This document shows, piece after piece, positions 26,175 through 34,025 of a stretch of 64,000 nucleotides of DNA. Made by a program: the position numbers and the translations under genes. The notes under the pieces are model-generated. The model was not told where the DNA came from and made no database searches. It was given only the letters and a program-made list of their open reading frames with translations. The DNA is taken from positions 32,001-96,000 of IMG/VR virus record IMGVR_UViG_3300043811_000021; one strand, given 5' to 3'. The DNA comes from a virus. Within the stretch, counting starts at the first letter, position 1, and each line of letters opens with the position of its first letter.

Positions 26175-26720
26175 TTACACAAACTGCAAACTCTTCTCAC
26201 CTTCGGAATCAGAGTACAAATACTTACTCCACGCTTCGACTTCCAATCCCATCGAACGAAGGATAATCCTTCCTGTGTGAACCGTGGCTGGGAGAGGCTT
26301 GCGAAGTAGTTTCATTCCAGCCTCTTCCGGCGTACGATCTGCCTTGCGGTGGTTATCTTTGCGGCAGCAAGTTACAAGGTTACTCCAGTCGTTCTTTCCT
26401 CCACGCGACTTAGGAATTACGTGGTCAAGTGTCAAAGAATCACCCTTGAATTCCTCTCCACAATAGCAGCACTTATGCCCATCGCGCAAGTAAATATTTT
26501 TCCTACTCACAACCTGCATCCGAACGGGAATATGTCTATACGTTCTCAACTTGATTACCGATGGTAAAGTTATGCCAGGATAAACTTCAATATCCGTTGG
26601 CATCTCTACCATAGCAGCACCCTTACAAAGTAACGTCAAAGCTCTACGGGCAGCAACTATTCTGATCGGCTCATACGATGCGTTTAATACCAACACCGGC
26701 TTTTTCATCAGGTTGCTCAT
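26175..26720 (-). CDS. HNH endonuclease of the type common in tRNA arrays
   Basis: VLVLNASYEP...LPSVIKL...RDGHKCCYCG...TLDHVIPKSRGG...W.NLVTCC. Confidence 0.92.
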   Translation of the reverse strand: MSNLMKKPVLVLNASYEPIRIVAARRALTLLCKGAAMVEMPTDIEVYPGITLPSVIKLRTYRHIPVRMQVVSRKNIYLRDGHKCCYCGEEFKGDSLTLDHVIPKSRGGKNDWSNLVTCCRKDNHRKADRTPEEAGMKLLRKPLPATVHTGRIILRSMGLEVEAWSKYLYSDSEGEKSLQFV

Positions 26721-26764
26721 ATTCCCTCAATCAATCTCCGCTAGTCTCTCTGAATAATCTTCTG

Positions 26765-26840
26765 TGGAGCCGGTGGAGGCAATCGAAGCCCCGACCTCAT
26801 CTGTACGAAAGATGCGCTCTTCCACCTGAGCTACACCGGC
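26765..26840 (-). tRNA. tRNA-Thr(CGU)
   Basis: CATCT-TTCGTAC-AGATG; CCA. Confidence 0.92.
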
Positions 26841-26935
26841 TTGTCTACGTCTTGCCACTACTATACTATGCACTTTCGTGAAGTCGTGGCTCACTAACAT
26901 CATTCTGTGGGTCATCGGCTTTCCTTTCTTTCAAT

Positions 26936-27010
26936 TGGAGCGGAGTACGGGGTATGATCCCGTGCGCAAAGTGTGGCACACTTCGATGCTTCCAATTACA
27001 TCAACTCCGC
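26936..27010 (-). tRNA. tRNA-Gly(GCC)
   Basis: GCGGAGT/ACTCCGC-T-CCA; loop GTGCCAC; T-loop ATCATAC. Confidence 0.88.
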
Positions 27011-27018
27011 AAATCTTT

Positions 27019-27093
27019 TGGTTCCAGCGCGAGGTTACGATCCCCGATCCTCGCCTTCAAAGGGCGGTATCCTACCAGTTAGATGACGCTGGA
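27019..27093 (-). tRNA. tRNA-Gln(UUG)
   Basis: U1-A72; CGCC-CTTTGAA-GGCG; T-loop ATCGTAA. Confidence 0.88.
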
Positions 27094-27102
27094 TCAAAAC
27101 CT

Positions 27103-27177
27103 TGGTTGCCCATCGAGGCGACGATCCCCGAACTACTGGTCCAGAGCCAGCCGTGATACCAATTTCACCAATGGGCA
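27103..27177 (-). tRNA. tRNA-Gln(CUG)
   Basis: U1-A72; GCTGG-CTCTGGA-CCAGT; T-loop ATCGTCG. Confidence 0.88.
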
Positions 27178-27190
27178 ACAACTAAACAGT

Positions 27191-27284
27191 GAGGGCGCGA
27201 CTCTTTCGCTCCGAACGTCTTACTCAAACCCCAAAGGGGTCACTGCGTTACTCGACAGGACTTACTAGACGGCCTGTGTCCCTC
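27191..27284 (-). ncRNA. unassigned ~95-nt structured RNA between tRNA-Asn and tRNA-Gln
   Basis: GAGGG/CCCTC closing stem; ACAGG/CCTGT; ACCC/GGGT hairpin; possible CGTCT/AGACG pseudoknot. Confidence 0.45.
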
Positions 27285-27293
27285 TCCAAACTT

Positions 27294-27384
27294 TGGCTCA
27301 CGGAGCAGGACTCGAACCTGCGATGGGAGATGAACTCCTCTGTATTAACAGTACAGCGCCTGCTACCAACTCGGCTATCCGTGA
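27294..27384 (-). tRNA. tRNA-Asn(GUU) with long variable arm; first gene of operon B
   Basis: U1-A72, G73; CTGTA-CTGTTAA-TACAG; extra arm GGAG-TTCAT-CTCC. Confidence 0.9.
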
Positions 27385-27401
27385 ACATCCCTAAACAGTT
27401 C

Positions 27402-27429
27402 GAGACCCAAACCTTTCGATCTGGGCCTC
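27402..27429 (-). terminator. attenuator hairpin B (weak U tract)
   Basis: GAGGCCCAGATC-GAAA-GGTTTGGGTCTC followed by GAACTGTTT. Confidence 0.6.
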
Positions 27430-27476
27430 TGCGTTTTACCATTTTTAGTTAGGTAAAAATCTCTCTGAGACCCCGA

Positions 27477-27542
27477 TTATGACCCCCCACCCTGCGGCGT
27501 TTGTGTCGCGGTTGGATTGGCGTTATGGAATCGTGTCTGCAT
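27477..27542 (-). CDS. leader peptide B, MQTRFHNANPTATQTPQGGGS (leaderless)
   Basis: ATG 6 nt after the -10 box; codons match operon B anticodons. Confidence 0.85.
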   Translation of the reverse strand: MQTRFHNANPTATQTPQGGGS

Positions 27543-27548
27543 GAATTC

Positions 27549-27577
27549 AATGTACCTCAGTCCTAAAAACTTGTCAA
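27549..27577 (-). promoter_or_regulatory. promoter of tRNA operon B
   Basis: TTGACA-17 nt-TACATT. Confidence 0.85.
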
Positions 27578-28025
27578 GAACTTTTTTAAGGTAATCCCGC
27601 CAACTGCGTTTCTTGCCTCTGGGCCGGTGGCCAGTTGTCTATTTTTCGCATTAGAGTCCGTATCGCTGCTTCCCGCTTCACGTCCACAATTCCTCTCCCC
27701 TGATCTTTCAGAGAATCAATCAATAAAGAAACCAGCTTTGCCTTTGCCTCAGCTAACGGATACTCTCGTTTAGAAACGTGAATCACTACTTCATGCTTTT
27801 GTGTGTCCTGCGCGAAACAGGTAATCGAGAAAAGAAGAATTGCGATAAGGAATGGTTTCATGCGTCATCATGGCATAGTTCATATAAAGACAATATAAGA
27901 AAAGAGAAGGGACATGCTCTTCAGCTTGCCCCTTCGAGCCTCAGCCTACGCAGCTGAGGGAATACGATTTTGGTTAAATCAATTGTAACGCAGTTCCGCA
28001 ATCTGTGCAGAATTTATTTGCAGCC

Positions 28026-28481
28026 TTATTCACTTTTCCGCAAGTCACACACTCCGGTTTCCTGTCCACCGTTCCCGCCGCCCAGCTTGCTCCAATTGCA
28101 ATCCTTGAGGGCTAGGCGAATACGATGCAGCATGAACCATGCCGTCTTCTGTGTGACCTCAATCGCCCGCATGATCTCGTAGGAACTAACGCCGTTCTTG
28201 CAATTCACTACCAGCCAAACGGCGGTCAGCCATTTATCGAGCGGCACAGGAGAATCCTCGAACACACTCTGAGTCTTCACACTGAATTGCTTGTGGCACT
28301 CTTTCGCCATGCACTTCCATATCCGGCGAGAGGACAGATAGGAAACTCTCTTGCTCTCACAGTGCGGGCAGGTGACACCGTTAGGCCAGCGCATCGACGC
28401 AACGAAATCGACACACACGTTCGGGTCTTGGAAATACCGCGTTGCGGCAAGTAAGCTCTTGGGTAGTCTTTCTTTACTCAT
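28026..28481 (-). pseudogene. IS1595-family transposase, truncated before the DDE domain
   Basis: RWPNGVTCPHC...WKC...C.KQFSVKT.SVFEDS.VPLDKWL...KNGVSSYE...VTQKTAWFMLHRIR; ends before the expected ExDET motif. Confidence 0.88.
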
Positions 28482-29350
28482 TCTTCACCTCACAGAATCA
28501 AAGAAAACGTTGCGGCTGTCTCCGTAGAGGTGTATTATTTCTACAGAGAGAAGCCCTTATGACTCCCCGCGCAACCATGCGCAGGGAGCCTGAAAGGCCA
28601 TAGACTCCGGTGTTAGAGCACCATTGCCTGTGGGTACTACCGTGTGAAAGTACATTTTGCTTCTCCTCGGTCCTTAAATTAGCTTGCTAGGCTGTGGACC
28701 GAATCCGTTGTACCGAAGCCCCGGCCTTAAGCTGGGGTTTCGTTTTTATCCTCCCTTTTATTGGCAATGTAGCGATGCGGATCACGGCCCCGGCCTTGGT
28801 GCGTCCGCGTGATCCGTCCAGCCTGCATGAGAGCGATGAGCGACCACCCTACTGCGTTCATAGCGGCATCAGGTTTTTCTGGGAGACGAACCAGTGCACC
28901 GAGTTGAATTGCCGAAAGGACACTCCGCGAGGTCCACTCGGTTTCCGGCGAAGAATTCACCAATTGCAGAACGACAGACTCCATTTCACTCAGTTCGCCC
29001 CGGACAGTTTTTGCTTGGACAGTGACTAGATTTCCATCTTTGCCAACAAAGACAAAATCGTATCCGGGATAACGCTGCTTGAGGCGTGTCAGATCATCGC
29101 TATCCCTGCGGATTTCCCGCTCAGCGGCTTCGATTGGATTTATGGGAGCTGCGTTCATTCCTTAATCGTAAACATGGATTCATGGAATGTCAAGCCTTAC
29201 GGTGGAAAGTTTTCATGGAAATCATGGATTATCCTGCGCTTTCCTACGCAACGGCATAGTCCTAAATCACGCCGCTACGAGGGTTGTATCCGCTCGGCTG
29301 TAAACCGAAGTCAACAGATTTTATTTGTATGGTGCGTCAACGATATTTAT
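28026..29350. mobile_element. IS1595-like remnant with passenger ORF 28727..29158
   Basis: Truncated transposase, higher GC, and abrupt truncation of the neighbouring HNH gene near 29347; boundaries approximate. Confidence 0.55.
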
Positions 29351-30009
29351 GCCGATTTAACCTCTTTCAGATGAGCAACCTCTATGTATCGCGAATATCT
29401 ACATACCGCACAGAATTTCGGTCGTCCGCTTTTATCATATATCGTTTCAGCATCTCTACGAATAGATGAACGCGCTGACTGCCAATTAGACCGCCTCGCG
29501 AATAGTTCATCCTTCGTTAATTGTCCGATACTGATTGGTCGCTTCACTCTCTCTGCGCACGATGGGCAGTATTTATGAGATTTATAATCTTCCGTCCTGT
29601 AAAATACGTCCCCACATATTTTGCAGTGGCATCCAGTTCTTAGTTTTTTGCCGACAAATACAGAAGAGCACTTTCGGTCACAGAAGTTTCTTTTATTTAT
29701 CTGAGAGATTTTCTCCCTCGGCTTGAGAATTAGAATCCTTCCACACTCCTTGCATATTTTTGGGTTAGAGTAATAGAGATCAATTGCTTCTTGTCTAGCT
29801 AAAATATTTCCATTTGGTATGTAGTTTGGGTGCTCTTTTTTATATCTCTCTTTATCTCTTTCAGTCAGATATTCCCTGTGATCTTCTCGATACTTCTTCT
29901 GGTATGCGCGGCGGCATTCCATGCATCTTTCTGTCGATATTGGGATTTCATGAAGGCGCTTTTGGCAAAACTTCGTTAATCCTGAAAACATTTCTTGACC
30001 ATGCTTCAT
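29347..30009 (-). pseudogene. HNH homing endonuclease truncated inside the nuclease motif
   Basis: Several CxxC modules; ends CAVCRY...EVAHLKEVKSA* without the N/CxxH half of the motif. Confidence 0.7.
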
Positions 30010-30145
30010 ATTCTCTCCTCAGATTGGCGTGGCAGTAGCCTACGCTGATTAAATTCAGTGTTTTCATACCTATTCCTCTTTTTTTTGGTTTTCCTGCTGC
30101 TTAACGTGTTGCAGGAGCCACGGAATAATTTAGTGTAGCACGGAA

Positions 30146-30490
30146 CTACGGAAACCGAGCAATACCAGGAACTTGATCGAATCCAGTCACTCCTTCTCGC
30201 TTCAAAAGCCTCCAACCTCCATCACCTATCCGCATCACTTCTCCACTGTCTATTTCCTCAATCGGATTCGTAACCTTTCTCCAATTCTCGCAAGTGCATT
30301 TGAATTGCATTGAAACAGGAAGAGGACATGGCTCTCCTAGATGCGATTCTTCATTATCACCACAACATCTACGCATATTACATGGAGGGATACATCCACC
30401 AACTAAAACAGCGCCCTGTTTGACAAGACGCTGCGCTTCGGCTCCAGAACGGGCCATTCCAGTTTCCGTTAGTGCCTTAGATAATTTCAT
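30146..30490 (-). CDS. stand-alone S4 RNA-binding domain protein (TyrRS C-terminal-like) with Cys-rich insert
   Basis: L.KALTETGMARSGAEAQRLVKQGAVLVGG...KVTNP......GEVMRIG. Confidence 0.8.
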   Translation of the reverse strand: MKLSKALTETGMARSGAEAQRLVKQGAVLVGGCIPPCNMRRCCGDNEESHLGEPCPLPVSMQFKCTCENWRKVTNPIEEIDSGEVMRIGDGGWRLLKREGVTGFDQVPGIARFP

Positions 30491-30507
30491 TTCCTCTCCC
30501 TAAAGTA

Positions 30508-30594
30508 TGGTGCAGGCGGTGTGAATCGAACACACTATGCCCCGGAGGACGCTTGATTTACAGTCAAGGAGGCTACCATTAGCCCAACGCCTGC
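30508..30594 (-). tRNA. tRNA-Tyr(GUA)
   Basis: CTTGA-CTGTAAA-TCAAG; long arm; CCA. Confidence 0.93.
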
Positions 30595-30600
30595 ACATCA

Positions 30601-30687
30601 TGGAGGAGAGGACGCGAGTCGAACGCGCAGTACCTTTCAGTACGTCTGATTTCAAATCAGGTCGGCTTGCCCATGCCGAACCTCTCC
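30601..30687 (-). tRNA. tRNA-Ser(UGA)
   Basis: CTGA-TTTGAAA-TCAG; long arm; CCA. Confidence 0.92.
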
Positions 30688-30692
30688 AAATT

Positions 30693-30780
30693 TGGCGGTA
30701 GCAGGATGAGTTGAACATCCAATAGCTTTCACTATGTCTCGCTTCGAACGAGGTGGGCTTGCCACATGCCCAATGCTACC
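30693..30780 (-). tRNA. tRNA-Ser(CGA)
   Basis: CTCG-TTCGAAG-CGAG; long arm; G73-CCA. Confidence 0.92.
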
Positions 30781-30784
30781 AAAA

Positions 30785-30870
30785 TGGCGGAAAGTTAGGT
30801 ACTCGAAACCTACACCTCGCGGTGCTCACCGATTTCCAATCGGGTCCCATCCCTGACGGGTTAACTTTCC
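30785..30870 (-). tRNA. tRNA-Ser(GGA)
   Basis: CCGA-TTGGAAA-TCGG; long arm; G73-CCA. Confidence 0.92.
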
Positions 30871-30874
30871 AAAC

Positions 30875-30960
30875 TGGCGGAGCGTACTGAAGTCGAATCA
30901 GTTCAGGCTTTCACCTGTACGGTTTAGCAAACCGCTGCATTTCCGTCCTGCCCACGCTCC
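30875..30960 (-). tRNA. tRNA-Ser(GCU)
   Basis: GCGGT-TTGCTAA-ACCGT; long arm; G73-CCA. Confidence 0.93.
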
Positions 30961-30961
30961 G

Positions 30962-31039
30962 TGGTCCTCGCACCCGGACTCGAACCGGGAATATGACACG
31001 CTTTTTGAGAGCGCCGCTCTTCCATTTCGCCATGCGAGG
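30962..31039 (-). tRNA. tRNA-Leu(CAA), reduced variable arm
   Basis: GCGCT-CTCAAAA-AGCGT; A73-CCA. Confidence 0.88.
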
Positions 31040-31052
31040 TACTTCTAAACTA

Positions 31053-31135
31053 TGGTGCCCGCAGAGGGACTCGAACCCCCACCCCGAAAGACCTGTTCCT
31101 AAGACAGGCGCGGCTGCCAATTACGCCATGCGGGC
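31053..31135 (-). tRNA. tRNA-Leu(UAG)
   Basis: CCTGT-CTTAGGA-ACAGG; CCA. Confidence 0.95.
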
Positions 31136-31147
31136 ACATCTTAAACT

Positions 31148-31222
31148 TGGAGTACCGGGAGAGAGTCGAACTCTCCAAAACTTGCTTTGCAGGCAAGACC
31201 TTAGCCGATTAGGTTCCGGTAC
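31148..31222 (-). tRNA. tRNA-Cys(GCA)
   Basis: CTTGC-CTGCAAA-GCAAG; U73-CCA. Confidence 0.9.
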
Positions 31223-31223
31223 A

Positions 31224-31306
31224 TGGTGCGGGATAAGGGACTCGAACCCTTACGATTTCTCCACGGATTTTAAGTCCGTTATGGCTCCCAGTTTCATCAA
31301 TCCCGC
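31224..31306 (-). tRNA. tRNA-Leu(UAA); first gene of operon C
   Basis: ACGGA-CTTAAAA-TCCGT; CCA. Confidence 0.95.
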
Positions 31307-31337
31307 AAAACTAAAAAGCCCCCATTTCTGGAGGCTT
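31307..31337 (-). terminator. attenuator terminator C
   Basis: AAGCCTCCA-GAAA-TGGGGGCTT followed by TTTAGTTTT, directly before tRNA-Leu. Confidence 0.88.
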
Positions 31338-31362
31338 CTGGTAAAAATCCTGAACTTGGACT

Positions 31363-31434
31363 CTATCCCATAGCCTCTCTCGCACTCAGACTGAGTGAAT
31401 ACGATGATAAAGATAGGGAGCACAAGTTGTTCAT
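31363..31434 (-). CDS. leader peptide C, MNNLCSLSLSSYSLSLSAREAMG
   Basis: Codons 4-17 are only Leu/Ser/Cys/Tyr, matching operon C; ATG 6 nt after the -10 box (GAGGA could also act as a ribosome-binding site). Confidence 0.88.
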   Translation of the reverse strand: MNNLCSLSLSSYSLSLSAREAMG

Positions 31435-31440
31435 GTATTG

Positions 31441-31469
31441 ATCCTCTCATAGATTCAGGATGTTGTCAA
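31441..31469 (-). promoter_or_regulatory. promoter of tRNA operon C
   Basis: TTGACA-17 nt-GAGGAT with a TG extension. Confidence 0.65.
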
Positions 31470-33425
31470 GACTTCTTTTTTGTTATTTTCGTTATCCGCA
31501 CATTCTTTAGTTTTGAACGGACAATTCTCGCCAGACGTGCGATCTCCTTGAGTTTTTCTCCCTTCCATATTTCTTCGTCCGCCAAAAGAACTCTTCCGTG
31601 CTTATCTGTAGATAATTTTAATATCGCAGATGTGATGTCAGGTATTGAGTCTTTCTTTGTGTACTTCTTCTTCAGGATTATCGCCATATATCTCCTCAAT
31701 CCGGGTACTTAACTTTGTCTGGATTTTCCTTTTGCCAGTCCGAAAATTGCGCAGCAAAATGAGCCACTTCATCTGCCTGTTCATCTAAACTCGATGCAAG
31801 ATTTATGGCCTCTTCCTCAGTCAGGTTCTTGTCGCGTTCTACCCATTCTGACAATTGCTGCAATAGAACAGCGTATTGTCTCACAGCCTGTACTGAAAGG
31901 CGATCCTGAGCGCGAATGAAAAAGTACGGCTCCCCTTTATGTAGCCTTAGTAGTGGGTTTTCGTTTGCATATTTACCTGTCTTTGGCATTTACTCTCCTG
32001 CTTTCTGCGATAAATTTATCGAGTTTTTCAGATTCTGGCTTGAGAAACTCTTCTTCAATACGATTCGCTTCTCGTTTGAAAGCATCTGCCAATTCGGTTT
32101 TGTTTCCAATCCAGTATTGGGCAGATTTTTGCTTAATAATATGCACAACGCCTCGGTAGGTCTCTACCTTCGCTGCTACAGATGTCCACTCCATTTGGTA
32201 GTCAAAATAATCTTGAGTAATATCCTCATTGTCAACTTTTTCCATTCCTTGCCTCCATCATTTGATCTGCTATTCTATATGCCCTTTGCGCTATCTTTTC
32301 ATATTCGTCTTTCGTCATAGGCTCCCCTAATTTGATAGAAAGGTTGACTTGACCACTTATAATAGAACCCAGAGCAGCCATAGCGAACTCATCCCGCAGT
32401 CTCTTCTTTACCTCTTCTGTCATAGAAAAAATCTGCTGAGGTGAATCCGAAAAATCGGGAGGATTGATGTTAGTTCCCTCAAATACTAACGGCGGGTTGG
32501 AGTACATCTTCAGGTATTCATTTGCTTCAGCCAATTGAGCGGCTATCTCGGTCAGCATGGAGCATTGCAAAGACAGCATCCCCATCTCTTGCGATCCAAT
32601 TGATTCAGTATCATGAGCATCATTCTGGCACAGCTCATTTGCTTTGCGAATATCATCTGGTTTCATATCTAATCCCACCACCCTCTCCAGTGTTTGCGCA
32701 TGATAGTAAACAACAACTCCTCATCCTGTTTCGCCAGTTTTCCTGCTTCCGTGCCAGAATACTTATAGCGCGGGAACCCTTTGTCAGTGTTTTTGAAATA
32801 TTCGTTCTTAATCAACCTTCTCAGAAGGTGAGAGCATACCCTCATCCTACGCGCACTCTTTTCGCTCCCGATATGATGACCGTACTTCTCGAATCCTTCC
32901 GCCATTCGAGAAATTTTATATTCCATGATCTCCGCGAGAAATGACCAATCAAAATCCGCATCTCTCCAGATCACGGGTGCCCATCGGATCATATTCCTCG
33001 GTACGTACCAAAACAAATCCTCAACGATGGACTTGACATTCCTAAAGAACGTCTTAGGCATCCATCTATACGGAACACTGTAGAATTTACTCATTATTAT
33101 CCACCAAATACCACACCCTATTCATCCGAGCATGGTTCGTTACCCTTGCTGACTTTTTCCAATCCCCAAAGAATACGAATTCTTTGCCTCTGAACAAACT
33201 ACCCGCTGCGTTTCCTAACAATTCAGGATTAAGATTTCTCTTCTCCATCTCAGCAAACACATCGTCTGCCGTTACGCTTCCCTTTCGTTCGGCTATCTCA
33301 ATTGCTATTTTCCTAGCGTCCGCAATCATTTTCCTGCGACAGAAAGCATCCTCTGCCTGAGACATTCCTGATTCCTTCAGGCGCTCACCTTCTGGTAAAT
33401 CGAATCTAAGTTCGCACTGTGTCAT

Positions 33426-34025
33426 CTACTCTGCCTCCCACTCCATAAACTTCGGATTATCATGCGCGAAGTTCGCCATAAACTCGCCAAGATGGTAGAT
33501 TCCTGGGTGATCTGTCTCTGTGGGATTTTCGCTGTTCCACCAAGTATCTCCTCCATGCAAACATGCCCCAGCGTGAAATATCTCATGCATTAGATTGACG
33601 CGAAACTGTTGATGGTCATAGTTACGAATGTAAGAAATTGTTCTGTTCTCGCAGTACGTCTCCCCTTGTTTACCAGAAAATCCCTTTCCCGGTTTGAATT
33701 TCTTTGCATCATCGTAAATGTCAACCAATACAATCGACCATAATTGCCCATTTATAGTTACAGTTCTTGGGACTCCATCTTCATTTCTATCTCCTACGGT
33801 TTCAAATAACTGCTTAGATGTGTCTGATTGCTTCGGATTGATGGTAAAATCAGCCCATGTAGGCGCAGTAGTTAGTTTGTATGTGCGATACGAATAGTAA
33901 GCGCCTACCGAAAAAGAAAGTAGGAAACCGCCGATAAAAGTGAAGAATACGACAGATGCGATCATATCTGTGCGCTTTCTTTTCTTATAATCCAAAACTT
34001 TCTGCGAAAAACTAGCCCTCTTCAT
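33426..34025 (-). CDS. membrane-anchored protein with an HExxH metallopeptidase-like motif
   Basis: N-terminal hydrophobic helix; LMHEIFHA. Confidence 0.55.
   Translation of the reverse strand: MKRASFSQKVLDYKKRKRTDMIASVVFFTFIGGFLLSFSVGAYYSYRTYKLTTAPTWADFTINPKQSDTSKQLFETVGDRNEDGVPRTVTINGQLWSIVLVDIYDDAKKFKPGKGFSGKQGETYCENRTISYIRNYDHQQFRVNLMHEIFHAGACLHGGDTWWNSENPTETDHPGIYHLGEFMANFAHDNPKFMEWEAE

Noticed and set aside
26841-26935. Hammerhead ribozyme between tRNA-Gly and tRNA-Thr
   Set aside because: Hairpins are present but the CUGANGA core is missing.
28026-28481. Host assignment from the IS1595 fragment (it reminded me of Acidobacteria elements)
   Set aside because: Cannot be supported without a database search.
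31250-31450. 66-aa track ORF as the operon C leader
   Set aside because: It starts inside the predicted promoter, runs through the terminator into tRNA-Leu and lacks the codon match; 31363..31434 fits better.
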